The notes under the pieces were generated by a model that searched no databases, had not been told where the DNA came from, and saw only the letters and a list, made by a program, of their open reading frames with translations. Source: an uncultured Candidatus Saccharibacteria bacterium (lineage in GTDB: Bacteria > Patescibacteriota > Minisyncoccia > Phycocordibacterales > JAACPR01). From it: DNA of 64,000 nt. This document shows, piece by piece, positions 19,119 to 29,078 of this stretch. The position numbers were made by a program, and so were the translations under genes. Location of the stretch: positions 344 through 64,343 of the forward strand of contig CAZDRR010000001.1 of the NCBI GenBank assembly GCA_964507955.1, written 5' to 3'. Numbering within the stretch: the stretch's first letter is position 1; the number at the start of each line of letters is the position of its first letter.

Positions 19119-19567
19119 AAGTATATTCCCAACAAAATCTTCATAGTGATTTCACGGCTAATTTAGAGTTTACAATCAATTCTCCTTCAGAAATTTTTGC
19201 TTTCTCTGTCGGTCTTGGCACGGGCGAAGGGTTTTTCCAAACAGGATTTTCTTTTTCTGGCTATAATGGTTATTTATTTGATCAAAGTGGAAATTTCTTT
19301 GGAGGATATCAAAGTGGCAAATCTTTTTCCATTCAAGCAAATGTTTTCGATGGGAATAGACTTAGTTATTTTTATAACGATACTCTTATTGCGAATAATA
19401 TTGCTGTAGCAACAGGATTGAATTGCTTTGAATTTAATAAAAATTCCGATGATTCAGTTCAAATTAGTTTTGCATCTATTAAACCGTCAAATTATCTAGG
19501 ATTTTTAAATGATGTTGATGGAATTTATCTTCTTTCTTCTGAAACTTTGTTCTTGAAGACAAATTAA
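19115..19567 (+). CDS. hypothetical tail protein
   Basis: 150 aa; ATGA overlap with upstream gene. Confidence 0.35.
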   Translation: MKVYSQQNLHSDFTANLEFTINSPSEIFAFSVGLGTGEGFFQTGFSFSGYNGYLFDQSGNFFGGYQSGKSFSIQANVFDGNRLSYFYNDTLIANNIAVATGLNCFEFNKNSDDSVQISFASIKPSNYLGFLNDVDGIYLLSSETLFLKTN

Positions 19568-19606
19568 TTGAAATATTCGTTTTTGCGCCTATAATTTATC
19601 ATAGAA

Positions 19607-20467
19607 ATGAAAGAGATCTACACTTTTATCGCAACAAGCAAGGTTGAAAAACAAGTGCCAATTATGAAAAAGGTTGGCAAGGAAAATGTCCAATCTACAA
19701 AATCTGTAATTGAAGACGTAAAAACCAGAATTGTCTTCGTCAAGCCTTCAATGTCCACGGTGGAAGCTGCCGAATTCTTTTACGGACAAAAATTTAATGA
19801 ATATATTAATGCTGGTTTCTTGACCAGAGCCATGTTGAATAAAAAGATGGGGGATATTGGTGGACTAGCATCTAAAATGACTCAAGAGGGTCTTCAAAAA
19901 CTGATTCTGGATAATATCAATGCAACACAACTTGTAGAATTTTATGGAGGTTCTAAAACCCTCAACGAAGAACAAACTAAATTGCTGGAACAAGCTAAAG
20001 AAAAAATCGTTTCGACAAGAACTGAAATTTTGGAATACGAACAAGCCATGCGTTCCCAATTCTCGCAAACAGCAGATACTAAAGCAGAACAAAAATTAAT
20101 TGAATGGCTTGTTTTCAACCAATCTTTTTATGAAGAAGAAGTTGATAATAAGAAACAACTTTTCCCATTGTTCGCTGGCGACTCCTTCGATGAAAAAAGA
20201 GCTTTATATTTGGAACTTTGCGAAGATATCTCAGATATCCAAGATCCAACTGTTTTAAAAATTAAAAACATTTTTGACCAATCTTTCTCTACTTTGGTAA
20301 GGGTAGCGAGCATTTGGTATAATAAAATTGCAGATACTCAGGAAACGATTGATAAAGCTTTGCAGGAAATGTTTGACGATACAGAAGTAAAAGTTGATAC
20401 ATTGACCTCTCCTGAACAAGCTCAAGATGAAACAGGAGCAACAATCGAAGCTTCTCAAGAGGGCTAA
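19607..20467 (+). CDS. putative tail assembly chaperone (G-like)
   Basis: 286 aa; second-to-last gene before tape measure; 41-nt overlap with next ORF in a different frame. Confidence 0.4.
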   Translation: MKEIYTFIATSKVEKQVPIMKKVGKENVQSTKSVIEDVKTRIVFVKPSMSTVEAAEFFYGQKFNEYINAGFLTRAMLNKKMGDIGGLASKMTQEGLQKLILDNINATQLVEFYGGSKTLNEEQTKLLEQAKEKIVSTRTEILEYEQAMRSQFSQTADTKAEQKLIEWLVFNQSFYEEEVDNKKQLFPLFAGDSFDEKRALYLELCEDISDIQDPTVLKIKNIFDQSFSTLVRVASIWYNKIADTQETIDKALQEMFDDTEVKVDTLTSPEQAQDETGATIEASQEG

Positions 20468-21317
20468 TTCAGCTTTATTGGATATATATCGAGGCCATAG
20501 CGTGTTAAACGCGAATGGCCGTATTTTTTATTTTAAGCACTTCTCCATTTTAGATACTTTAAAAATGGAGGAAGAATACGAAAAATATTTGCTGATTGCT
20601 AAAAAGAATGGCATTAAAACCGAAGAAGAATTGATTGATATGGCCATCAGTCAAAAAAAATGGTCAAAAGCCAAGGAAGAATCCCAACAATCTTTAAGAT
20701 GGAGTATAGATAAGTTGAATGAAACTTTAAAGAAAATTTCTGATACTCAAATGCAGAAAAATGTCAAAGCTTCGATTGAAGGCAAAGAAAAGGAACTTGA
20801 ATCTCTTGCCTTGGAGCGTAAGGCAATTACTAATTACAGCGCCGAAAATTTTGCAGAACATAAAAGAATGAAGTATTTACTGGAAATCAGTTGTTTTGAA
20901 GATGAAGCCTGCACGACTAATCTTAAAGAAGAAGATCTACTTATTGCTTATTTTGCATTCTTTGAAAAATTAGGAGAATTGAATGAACGCAATTTTTTAT
21001 TAAATGTCGCGTTTAATACTCCGTTTTTTGAATTGTTTTCTTTAAACTATAGACAACCAAGCGTTCTATTTGAAAAATCGGGCCTTAATCTAACCATTTT
21101 TCAGAGAAATTTGTTGGTTTACGCAAATTCCCTGTTAAATAAATTGAAGTCCACAACTATTCCTGATGGTATAGCGAATGATCCAGTGAAGATTCTGGAT
21201 TATTCAGAAGAAACGGCTAATACAAAAGCTTCAAAAGTTTCTCATGGTATTGGAGATTTAGTTGAAAAGAATAAAGCCAGAGGCGGAACTTTAAAACCCG
21301 AAGATTTTCTGACTTAA
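20427..21317 (+). CDS. putative chaperone extension (GT-like, +1 frame) or independent ORF
   Basis: 296 aa; begins inside the 3' end of the previous ORF in the +1 frame; immediately upstream of tape measure. Confidence 0.35.
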   Translation: MKQEQQSKLLKRANSALLDIYRGHSVLNANGRIFYFKHFSILDTLKMEEEYEKYLLIAKKNGIKTEEELIDMAISQKKWSKAKEESQQSLRWSIDKLNETLKKISDTQMQKNVKASIEGKEKELESLALERKAITNYSAENFAEHKRMKYLLEISCFEDEACTTNLKEEDLLIAYFAFFEKLGELNERNFLLNVAFNTPFFELFSLNYRQPSVLFEKSGLNLTIFQRNLLVYANSLLNKLKSTTIPDGIANDPVKILDYSEETANTKASKVSHGIGDLVEKNKARGGTLKPEDFLT

Positions 21318-21336
21318 TTATGTGTAATTAAGATAG

Positions 21337-24300
21337 ATGCCTCAAGGTCAAGGAAGTTTTAATGTTAGTGCGAATCTGGTTCTGAATCCTCAGAGCCTTG
21401 TTCAAGCGTCTCGTCAAGCTAAACAAGCTTTGGGACGTATTACTGGACAAGCTTCGGAATTCCAAAAATCTCTGGATGCATCTACAGCGCGTGTTTTCGC
21501 GTTCGGCGCTACTACAAGCGTTTTAACAGGTGTGGCTTCTGCTTTTAAAGCTTTGGTTGCTTCGACTATTAGCGTTGAAAAACGTTTGGTCGAAATTAAC
21601 TCTATTTTAAATGCTTCGGCATCTGATTTTGCTGACTTTAGAAACACAATTTTCTCTGTAGCAAAATCTACTGGACAATCTTTTGATATTGTCGCTGATG
21701 CGGCTGCGGAATTAGCTCGTCAAGGTTTAAGTGCCGCAGAGACAGCAAAAAGATTAGAAGCGGCGTTAATTTTGACTCGCGTATCGGGTTTGGATTCTGT
21801 TAAATCAGTTAATGCCCTTACAGCCGCAATTAATGGCTATACTTCTGCTGGACTCACTGCCGAACAAATTACTAATAAATTAGTTGCTGTGGATACGAAC
21901 TTTGCTGTATCTGCAAAAGATTTAGCGGAAGCTTTAAGTCGTGCGGGTTCTACGGCGGAAGATGCTGGGGTTAGTTTCGATGAATTATTGGGTATCGTTA
22001 CCGCCGTTCAACAAACAACGTCGCGTGGTGGCGCTGTTATTGGTAACGCTTTAAAATCCATCTTCACTCGTTTAGGTAGAGGAAAAACTATTGATTCCTT
22101 ACAAGCTCTTGGTGTAGCTATTGATGCTTCGCAATCTGGCGTTCAAAAGTTACAAGCATTAGCTTCGGCATTATCTCAAATTAGTGATCCAACACAAGCA
22201 AACGCTATTAAAGAACTCGCTGGTGGTGTTTATCAAATCAACCTTGTAAGTGCGGCTTTAAAAGATTTACAATCGCAATCTTCGATTTTTTCTCAAGCTA
22301 CTGCGATTTCTTCTAAAGCAACGAATGAAGCATTAATTAAAAACGAACAATTAAATCAATCTATTGCAGCTCAAATTAATACTTTGGTCGCTGGAGTTAC
22401 TAATTTAGCTGAAAAAATTGGACAATTGACATTTGCCCCTGTTCTAAAAAGTCTTCTTTCTTTAACCAATAAATTTGTTGGATGGTTGGATACAGCTTTA
22501 GATCCAGAAAAAGGTAATAAATTTATTCAAGCATTATTTAAAACAATAGGTTCTTTCTTAGGAGGTCCAGCTATCGTATTAGTAACAGCAGCATTTTTGA
22601 AAATTTTTACATTAGTTGCTAGATATGCTAAAGAAGGTTTTAAAACGGTTCTAAATATCGGCACACAAACTGAACGTATTAAAAATCTTGAAGCTGGGAT
22701 CAAAACATTCCTAGACAAAAATGCCAAACTCCATGAATTAATTAGCAATTCTACATTAACAGAAGCTCAAAAACATCAATTAATTTTAGATGTTATTAAA
22801 CAAGAAAATAGAGAATTAGCAAAACAGCAACAATTATTAACAAGTCTAGCAAATTTTGCATATTCAAAAGGCGTTCGTGGTTTCAATGAAGATTTATCCG
22901 CTTATGGGAAAGGCGGTAAGAAAATCAGCGCGGCTGGTTTTATTCCTAATTTCGCCAATGGGCAAATGCTTGAAAATATTGGGGCGCAACAACATGGCTA
23001 CAAAGCTGGAAAAGCCCGCCAAATCCGCATCCACGATGGAAATGGAAAATCTTTTAATTCTTTCGTAAACGACAGGGAAAAGATCTTTAACTTCACTAAC
23101 TCGAAAGGTAATAGAGCAACCATTGTTCGTCCTCCAAATGGATTCGGCGCAGGAACGCAAGTTGCTGGTATGGCATCTGGATTTATTCCTAATTTTGCGA
23201 ACTTTGAAGGTTGGAGTCGTGCTGCTTTAGACGCAGTATTAAATGGTTTAAGAAAAAGTCCTCGCGAATTACAAGCAAAACTTTCAGGAGCAAGAACCAC
23301 TCCCGCAGAATTACAAGCTATTCAATTTTTATTGAAAGCCATGGGTTCAGGCACTTTTAATAAAAATGAAATCAAACAAGAAGTTGAAGCTCTGATTAGA
23401 AAACCTCGCGAAGTAGCAAAAGAATTTGTTACTCCTCAAAGTTTAAATCAAGGAGACAGTTTAAGATTAATTCTTGGGAAGATTGGAGCTAAATCTATTG
23501 ATGATCTAGCTAAATATAAAAATGCTGGTTTAGACTCTTATAATTTATCTTCTCTTGGAGGATCTTCGAAAGTTTATCGTTCTGTATTAGATAGTTATTT
23601 TTCCAGAAATGCCCAAGCAAGATTTGAAAATCAAGCCAAAGAAGAAAAAAATCGCTTAGAAAATTTCATTGACGAATATACTGTCAGCGCAAATAGCATC
23701 GGAGGTATTGGATTAATTAGTCCTCGTTTCGGAGGGCAGGGCAGAACTTTTGCTAAAATGCCTTTATATGGAATTAACTCCCTATATAAACTAAAAGGAG
23801 CGGATGGAACGCCATTTTTAGGCAAGAAAGACGAAAAAGCTATATTTAATAAGAAATCTACAATGACGATTTCTGACATTACAACTTCTGGAGTGCCTTC
23901 TGGTCAAGATGTTGTAGATATATCTAAAAATATAAATGAATTCTTCGCGGGACCATTAGTTAATCTTGCGGATAGCATGTATGGTCAATTGTTTGATGTA
24001 TCCAATCGTTCGGAATTCCAAAACGATTTAGCTAAATTTAAAGCTACAAGTGCGGGGGGTATATTATCTCCATCCGCAGAAGGAGCTATTTTTGAATCTG
24101 CAAGTAAAATTGCTCTTTCTTCGATGAAAGAGATGAAGAGTATTTTTGATCCTACTGATACAAATAGGCCATTTGACTTTTCAAATTCCGCCGCTCTTAA
24201 AAAAATCTTAGGTATTAATGTTCTTAAAGGTGAAGCTAAAAGGCTTGGTGAAAAACAAATAACTGGACAAACCAACGGCCTTGTTATCAAGGCTTTCAAT

Positions 24301-27300
24301 GATCCAGATTATAGCCCAAAATTAATCAAGCAAATGTATGAACAATACTTGTCTTCTCCAAATCGAGTATTAGAAAAAACGAAAAAAGCTGCAAGTGGTT
24401 TTATCCCAAATTTTGTAGGTAAGAGTTCTTTAATTGGAGAGGGATTCTTTGGAAAGTTTCATAAATTAAACGATACTTTGGGAGTGAAACGTTTTAAGAA
24501 AAATCGTTATAAGAACCCCGACGCCCTTTCAGAAGCGATAGCCGAAGAATTCGCGATTTCTAAAATTCTTGCAGAAGAACCTTTGGTTTCTGGCGTAGAT
24601 GCTCCAGATGTTGTCGATACTTTACAACGAGCATTGCAAGCTAAAAGCGTTCGCAAAAAAATAATTTCTGATCCAGTTGCGATAAAGGCTATTGGTGGAC
24701 ATGAATCTAATCAATTAGGCGATGTTATCTCTAATTTGTTAGATAACGCGGGCATGCAAGCAGAAGACTTGCATGGCAATAACTTCACAGTAAATCAAGC
24801 TGCCGAAGAATATATTCGTAAAAATGATGATTGGTTAACTTTAAAATCGTCTTTTGAAAGAACATATGCTGGTAATAAAAATTATTTACAAGATATTGCT
24901 CAAGCAGGAGGTAAAATTAACATTTTGGACGCAGGTTATATGCGCCCAATGACTGAGCATTTATTTAATCTCTATAAAAAATATAGCACTCTACCAGCAT
25001 CACAAGCCGCAGGTTTCATTCCAAACTATTCCAAAGCATTAAAAGACGCTGTTAAACGTGAAATTTCCGCAGGAGTAGATCCTTCCAAGGTTTATATTGA
25101 TCAACATTCTTCATTACGTTCTTCCCGTAATCCAAGTGGATTAATGGTAGCGAATACTATTGATGAACCAAAAGGAGGAATCCAAGGAATTAATAGGGCC
25201 AGAAAAGAAGGTCGTAATCCAAAAATGTATGGTGCCGCAAAAGGATTTATTCCTAATTATGCAAAAAAAAGATATGGTAAAAAAGAGAATAAAATATCTG
25301 ATACTTCTCAAATTACTACTCCTCTTTTACCACAAATTAAAGAAAATGCATTAATTGCTTTGCCGAAAGAAATTAATGATATGATTCGCAATGCTCATAA
25401 TTTTAACGTAGCTTCTTTAGAAGCGTCTAAAGATTTACAAAAATTAAATAAAGAATTATCTCCAGAAAAAACGCCTTTTTCAAAAAAAATTTCTAAATTA
25501 AAAGAAAAAACGTCTCTTTTTACAGAAGCTTATTCTGAATCTAGTTTGAAGAGAGACCAAGGCCAAGGATTTTTAGGAAAAATTCAATCTCATACAGGTA
25601 AAATTCAAGGATCTTTATTGAGCTTGTCTTTAGGAGCAAATATGCTTGGAGATTCAATGCCAGAATTATCTGATACTATTACAAAAGCAACTACAGCTCT
25701 TTCTATTCTTGATTTATCAAGTGGTCTTTTTGGCCCTCTAGTTTCTGGAATAAAAGGTTTATCCGCTGCTATAGGAGGAGCAACTGTTGGAATTTTTGCA
25801 ATTACAGCGGCAGCAGCAGGCGTATCCGCATACTTATTCAATAAAGAAACAAGTAGGTTAGTAGATGCTCAAGAAAAAAATATTGCAGGTATAGAAGAAG
25901 AAACCCGAGTAAGGGCGCAAAAATTGACATTAAGCAGAACTGCAAAAGAAGCTGGAGTTACTGATTTGACAGGTTTGTATAGGCAAACTCGCGGAACAAA
26001 AATTGGTAATCAAATTAATTCTTTGCAAGATCAATTAAAACAAGCCTATAAAGCAAATGATTACGATAAAATCGAAGAAGTTCGTCAAAAATTATTAGAG
26101 GCATTTCGAGAAGCTGCTAAAGAAACTAATATTTATAATATTCAATTAAAGGAATTAAAAGATAGTTCTTTATTACTTGCCGATACATTCATCGCTCAAT
26201 CTGATAAAATCTCCACCGCTATTGGAAAAATAGTTTCTAAACTAGAAAATCAAGCTTTAGCCAATAAAGTTGCAAGCAATGTTCCTTTAAGAGACGAAGC
26301 CAAATATGGAGATAGACTAAGTAATTTGTTAAAAATTCAATCTAATAAAAACCAAGCTCTTCAAGCGAATGCTGGATTTTTACAGTCCTTTTTCCAAAAG
26401 GCAAAATTTGATGAAGCGGGCAAATTAACTTCTGGAGGTATTTTTGATTTGATCAAACAACGTTTGGAAACAGATCAAGCTTTTGGTCTAACAAGTCCCA
26501 CTGGTTATAACAAGCAACAAGATATCAGTAATCAAATTACTTCTGGAAAGTTTTTGAAAGATTCATTCAAGTCTTTTATGGAAGGCGGAACAGACGCTTT
26601 AAAATCAAAGTTAGAAGAAGCAATCGGTCCTATTAAAGATAATGAAGCGGGGCAACAATTTTTAGATTCTGTCAAAGAAGCGGCTCTAAATTTTCGTGAT
26701 CAAACTATTGAAGCCTACCAATCGGTTAAAAATACTCAGTTGGAAATCATTAATAAATTAATTGATTCTATTAGTGAATTAAAAAATGCACAAAATGAAT
26801 CCTTGAGGACTCTTCCTTCAAAAGTTTCAGAAATTAAATCAGGTGAATCTGTCGATCCATTATTCTTGTTCAAGAAATTTCAAGAAGCGGCAAAATTATT
26901 GAATTCTTCTGATTTATCTACACGCGCACAAGGAACTAATATTTTAGGATCTATTTCTGGAGGCACAGATATCTTTAAAAAACTTTTTGGGGACAAGGCT
27001 TTGACAAGCCTCCAAGTATCGGCGGGATTAAAACCTTCCGATGTTTCCAAGGCTGTCGGTTCTGCAACAATGGATAGAACAAATTTCGCAATGATAAAAA
27101 ATTCTATCAAAGAAATGTTTGGCGGTAATGAATTTTTCAGAGCATCTCAAGCATTAGATAAAGCCAAGCAAGATCCAACAAAAATTAATGATCTAATTAA
27201 TATAATTAAATCTTCTTTAACAACAAGAAATGCTGAAAAAGGAAAAGCTTTAATTAACACTTTGACATCTATTTCTCAAGCTTCTTTTGAAAATGAAGAA

Positions 27301-27558
27301 GTTGAAAAAATTAAAAAGAGCCAAAACGAATTGGCTTCAAAATTACAAGAAACAACAATCGAAGTCGAAAAATTCCGCACTCTTATGAAAGATACTGGAA
27401 TTCCAGACTCTATTGATAGCCTAAGCAAATCTGTATTTGAAGCATCTGAGAATCTTAAAGATTTTAACTCTTTTACAAAAAGTTTATCAAACCTATCTCT
27501 TTCTGTAACTTCTCGTTTAGATGAATTAACTCAAAGAGTCAATAAATTAAGCTCTTAA
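21337..27558 (+). CDS. tail tape measure protein
   Basis: 2073 aa; long alpha-helical Ala/Gln/Leu-rich protein; hydrophobic Gly-rich segment (GLSAAIGGATVGIFAITAAAAG); five GFIPN[FY] repeats. Confidence 0.85.
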   Translation: MPQGQGSFNVSANLVLNPQSLVQASRQAKQALGRITGQASEFQKSLDASTARVFAFGATTSVLTGVASAFKALVASTISVEKRLVEINSILNASASDFADFRNTIFSVAKSTGQSFDIVADAAAELARQGLSAAETAKRLEAALILTRVSGLDSVKSVNALTAAINGYTSAGLTAEQITNKLVAVDTNFAVSAKDLAEALSRAGSTAEDAGVSFDELLGIVTAVQQTTSRGGAVIGNALKSIFTRLGRGKTIDSLQALGVAIDASQSGVQKLQALASALSQISDPTQANAIKELAGGVYQINLVSAALKDLQSQSSIFSQATAISSKATNEALIKNEQLNQSIAAQINTLVAGVTNLAEKIGQLTFAPVLKSLLSLTNKFVGWLDTALDPEKGNKFIQALFKTIGSFLGGPAIVLVTAAFLKIFTLVARYAKEGFKTVLNIGTQTERIKNLEAGIKTFLDKNAKLHELISNSTLTEAQKHQLILDVIKQENRELAKQQQLLTSLANFAYSKGVRGFNEDLSAYGKGGKKISAAGFIPNFANGQMLENIGAQQHGYKAGKARQIRIHDGNGKSFNSFVNDREKIFNFTNSKGNRATIVRPPNGFGAGTQVAGMASGFIPNFANFEGWSRAALDAVLNGLRKSPRELQAKLSGARTTPAELQAIQFLLKAMGSGTFNKNEIKQEVEALIRKPREVAKEFVTPQSLNQGDSLRLILGKIGAKSIDDLAKYKNAGLDSYNLSSLGGSSKVYRSVLDSYFSRNAQARFENQAKEEKNRLENFIDEYTVSANSIGGIGLISPRFGGQGRTFAKMPLYGINSLYKLKGADGTPFLGKKDEKAIFNKKSTMTISDITTSGVPSGQDVVDISKNINEFFAGPLVNLADSMYGQLFDVSNRSEFQNDLAKFKATSAGGILSPSAEGAIFESASKIALSSMKEMKSIFDPTDTNRPFDFSNSAALKKILGINVLKGEAKRLGEKQITGQTNGLVIKAFNDPDYSPKLIKQMYEQYLSSPNRVLEKTKKAASGFIPNFVGKSSLIGEGFFGKFHKLNDTLGVKRFKKNRYKNPDALSEAIAEEFAISKILAEEPLVSGVDAPDVVDTLQRALQAKSVRKKIISDPVAIKAIGGHESNQLGDVISNLLDNAGMQAEDLHGNNFTVNQAAEEYIRKNDDWLTLKSSFERTYAGNKNYLQDIAQAGGKINILDAGYMRPMTEHLFNLYKKYSTLPASQAAGFIPNYSKALKDAVKREISAGVDPSKVYIDQHSSLRSSRNPSGLMVANTIDEPKGGIQGINRARKEGRNPKMYGAAKGFIPNYAKKRYGKKENKISDTSQITTPLLPQIKENALIALPKEINDMIRNAHNFNVASLEASKDLQKLNKELSPEKTPFSKKISKLKEKTSLFTEAYSESSLKRDQGQGFLGKIQSHTGKIQGSLLSLSLGANMLGDSMPELSDTITKATTALSILDLSSGLFGPLVSGIKGLSAAIGGATVGIFAITAAAAGVSAYLFNKETSRLVDAQEKNIAGIEEETRVRAQKLTLSRTAKEAGVTDLTGLYRQTRGTKIGNQINSLQDQLKQAYKANDYDKIEEVRQKLLEAFREAAKETNIYNIQLKELKDSSLLLADTFIAQSDKISTAIGKIVSKLENQALANKVASNVPLRDEAKYGDRLSNLLKIQSNKNQALQANAGFLQSFFQKAKFDEAGKLTSGGIFDLIKQRLETDQAFGLTSPTGYNKQQDISNQITSGKFLKDSFKSFMEGGTDALKSKLEEAIGPIKDNEAGQQFLDSVKEAALNFRDQTIEAYQSVKNTQLEIINKLIDSISELKNAQNESLRTLPSKVSEIKSGESVDPLFLFKKFQEAAKLLNSSDLSTRAQGTNILGSISGGTDIFKKLFGDKALTSLQVSAGLKPSDVSKAVGSATMDRTNFAMIKNSIKEMFGGNEFFRASQALDKAKQDPTKINDLINIIKSSLTTRNAEKGKALINTLTSISQASFENEEVEKIKKSQNELASKLQETTIEVEKFRTLMKDTGIPDSIDSLSKSVFEASENLKDFNSFTKSLSNLSLSVTSRLDELTQRVNKLSS

Positions 27559-29078
27559 TGTCCTTATTAATTCATAATGTTTTAAGTTGTTCATCCAAAA
27601 TAGATTTTTCTTATTTGGATGGAACGGCTTCTTTCGGATATAACGTTTCCAACACTTATACGATTGATATTTCTGACGTTCAATTCTTCGATGGGGACAT
27701 TCCCCTATTAAGCGGAGAAGCGGCCTTAAAAGAGGCTTATATGCGTCCTAATTTAGTCGCCCGTATCGGCACCGACGAATTTATCAATGGGCGAATTACA
27801 AACCTATCTTTGCCTTCTTCTTCATTAAGCGGATCTTCCACGGCAACAATTACAATTGAAGAATCTAAAAAGTTGGATTCATATGCGAACAATGTTTTCG
27901 CGCAAAACATCCCTTCTCCGCATCTTTTAGATTCCTTTCAGGAGAACTTCTCTTTTTCTCGTTCCGAGGATTCTTATTCTTATACCAGAACTGTTTCTAT
28001 AAAATATAAGCAAGGTATTGGGGATCAATTTCTAAATCACGCCCACTTTTTCTTAAAAAACTTCTATTTTGTAAATAGACCGAACTTTGGCTATGCCGTC
28101 GATGGAATTTCTGAAAATGCCAGAACGGATTCTGGTTTCAAACCCCTGTTAACGGAATCTTATGATTTAATAGATCTTTCGGTTTCTCTTACAGAAAATT
28201 TTGAATCATCCTCTATTAGTGGAGATGTATCCGTAAAAAAGAGTTACAACATTGGTATTAACGAGTCTGGATTTACTGAAAAAAAATATACAATTGAAAT
28301 CAAGGCTTTAAAAGAACCTTTGGAAATTGTTGCGAATAATGCTTGCGCCGATATCTTAGACAATTTGATTTACGAAAATTCTTCTTTCAATAACCCCGTT
28401 TCTATTGAAAAAGGGATTAATAAAGATGGTGGCATTATTAGCCTTTCTGTAGAATTTTCCAACGATCCAAGCAAATCTGAAACAAATAAAATCTCTTATA
28501 CTGTCACTAAAACCAAAAGAGACGCATTTTACGATTATACTTTATCCATTAATTTTTCATCTTTAGGAAAATCTTATACAGAACGTTTTATTAAAACAAA
28601 AACGCTTTGGAAAGGATTTCAGTCTTCTATAAAGACAAAAATCCAAACTATGTTCCCCGAAGCCAACCCTATTTACGAAAAATCGCATTCAACAACTTTT
28701 GCAAAGTTAGAGGGTAAAATTTCTGAATCCGTAGTTTATACGGACGATCCTGCGTATATACAAGATGGTCTTCCAGAAAATGCTTTAAAATTAAAAGTGA
28801 CTAATAAAGTCACAGAACAAAACAGCCGATTTTTTAGATTTCTTAATCTTCTTGATTTAAAAGAAAAATTTATCTTATCTGAATTACCAACAATTGGAGA
28901 AGGAAGTATCTCTATCGAAATAGTTACTAAAACTCCAGAAGATATTTTTGGCGGATATAAAATTCTGCAATCAATGTCTTTTTTAAATGGAAATCAATAC
29001 CCAACTTCTGACGTTATTACAATTGATACTGCCAATGGCGCGACTACCCGTGTAATTGGTTATGTATTCTATCAATGA
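27558..29078 (+). CDS. distal tail protein (putative)
   Basis: 506 aa; directly follows TMP (TAATG overlap). Confidence 0.4.
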   Translation: MSLLIHNVLSCSSKIDFSYLDGTASFGYNVSNTYTIDISDVQFFDGDIPLLSGEAALKEAYMRPNLVARIGTDEFINGRITNLSLPSSSLSGSSTATITIEESKKLDSYANNVFAQNIPSPHLLDSFQENFSFSRSEDSYSYTRTVSIKYKQGIGDQFLNHAHFFLKNFYFVNRPNFGYAVDGISENARTDSGFKPLLTESYDLIDLSVSLTENFESSSISGDVSVKKSYNIGINESGFTEKKYTIEIKALKEPLEIVANNACADILDNLIYENSSFNNPVSIEKGINKDGGIISLSVEFSNDPSKSETNKISYTVTKTKRDAFYDYTLSINFSSLGKSYTERFIKTKTLWKGFQSSIKTKIQTMFPEANPIYEKSHSTTFAKLEGKISESVVYTDDPAYIQDGLPENALKLKVTNKVTEQNSRFFRFLNLLDLKEKFILSELPTIGEGSISIEIVTKTPEDIFGGYKILQSMSFLNGNQYPTSDVITIDTANGATTRVIGYVFYQ

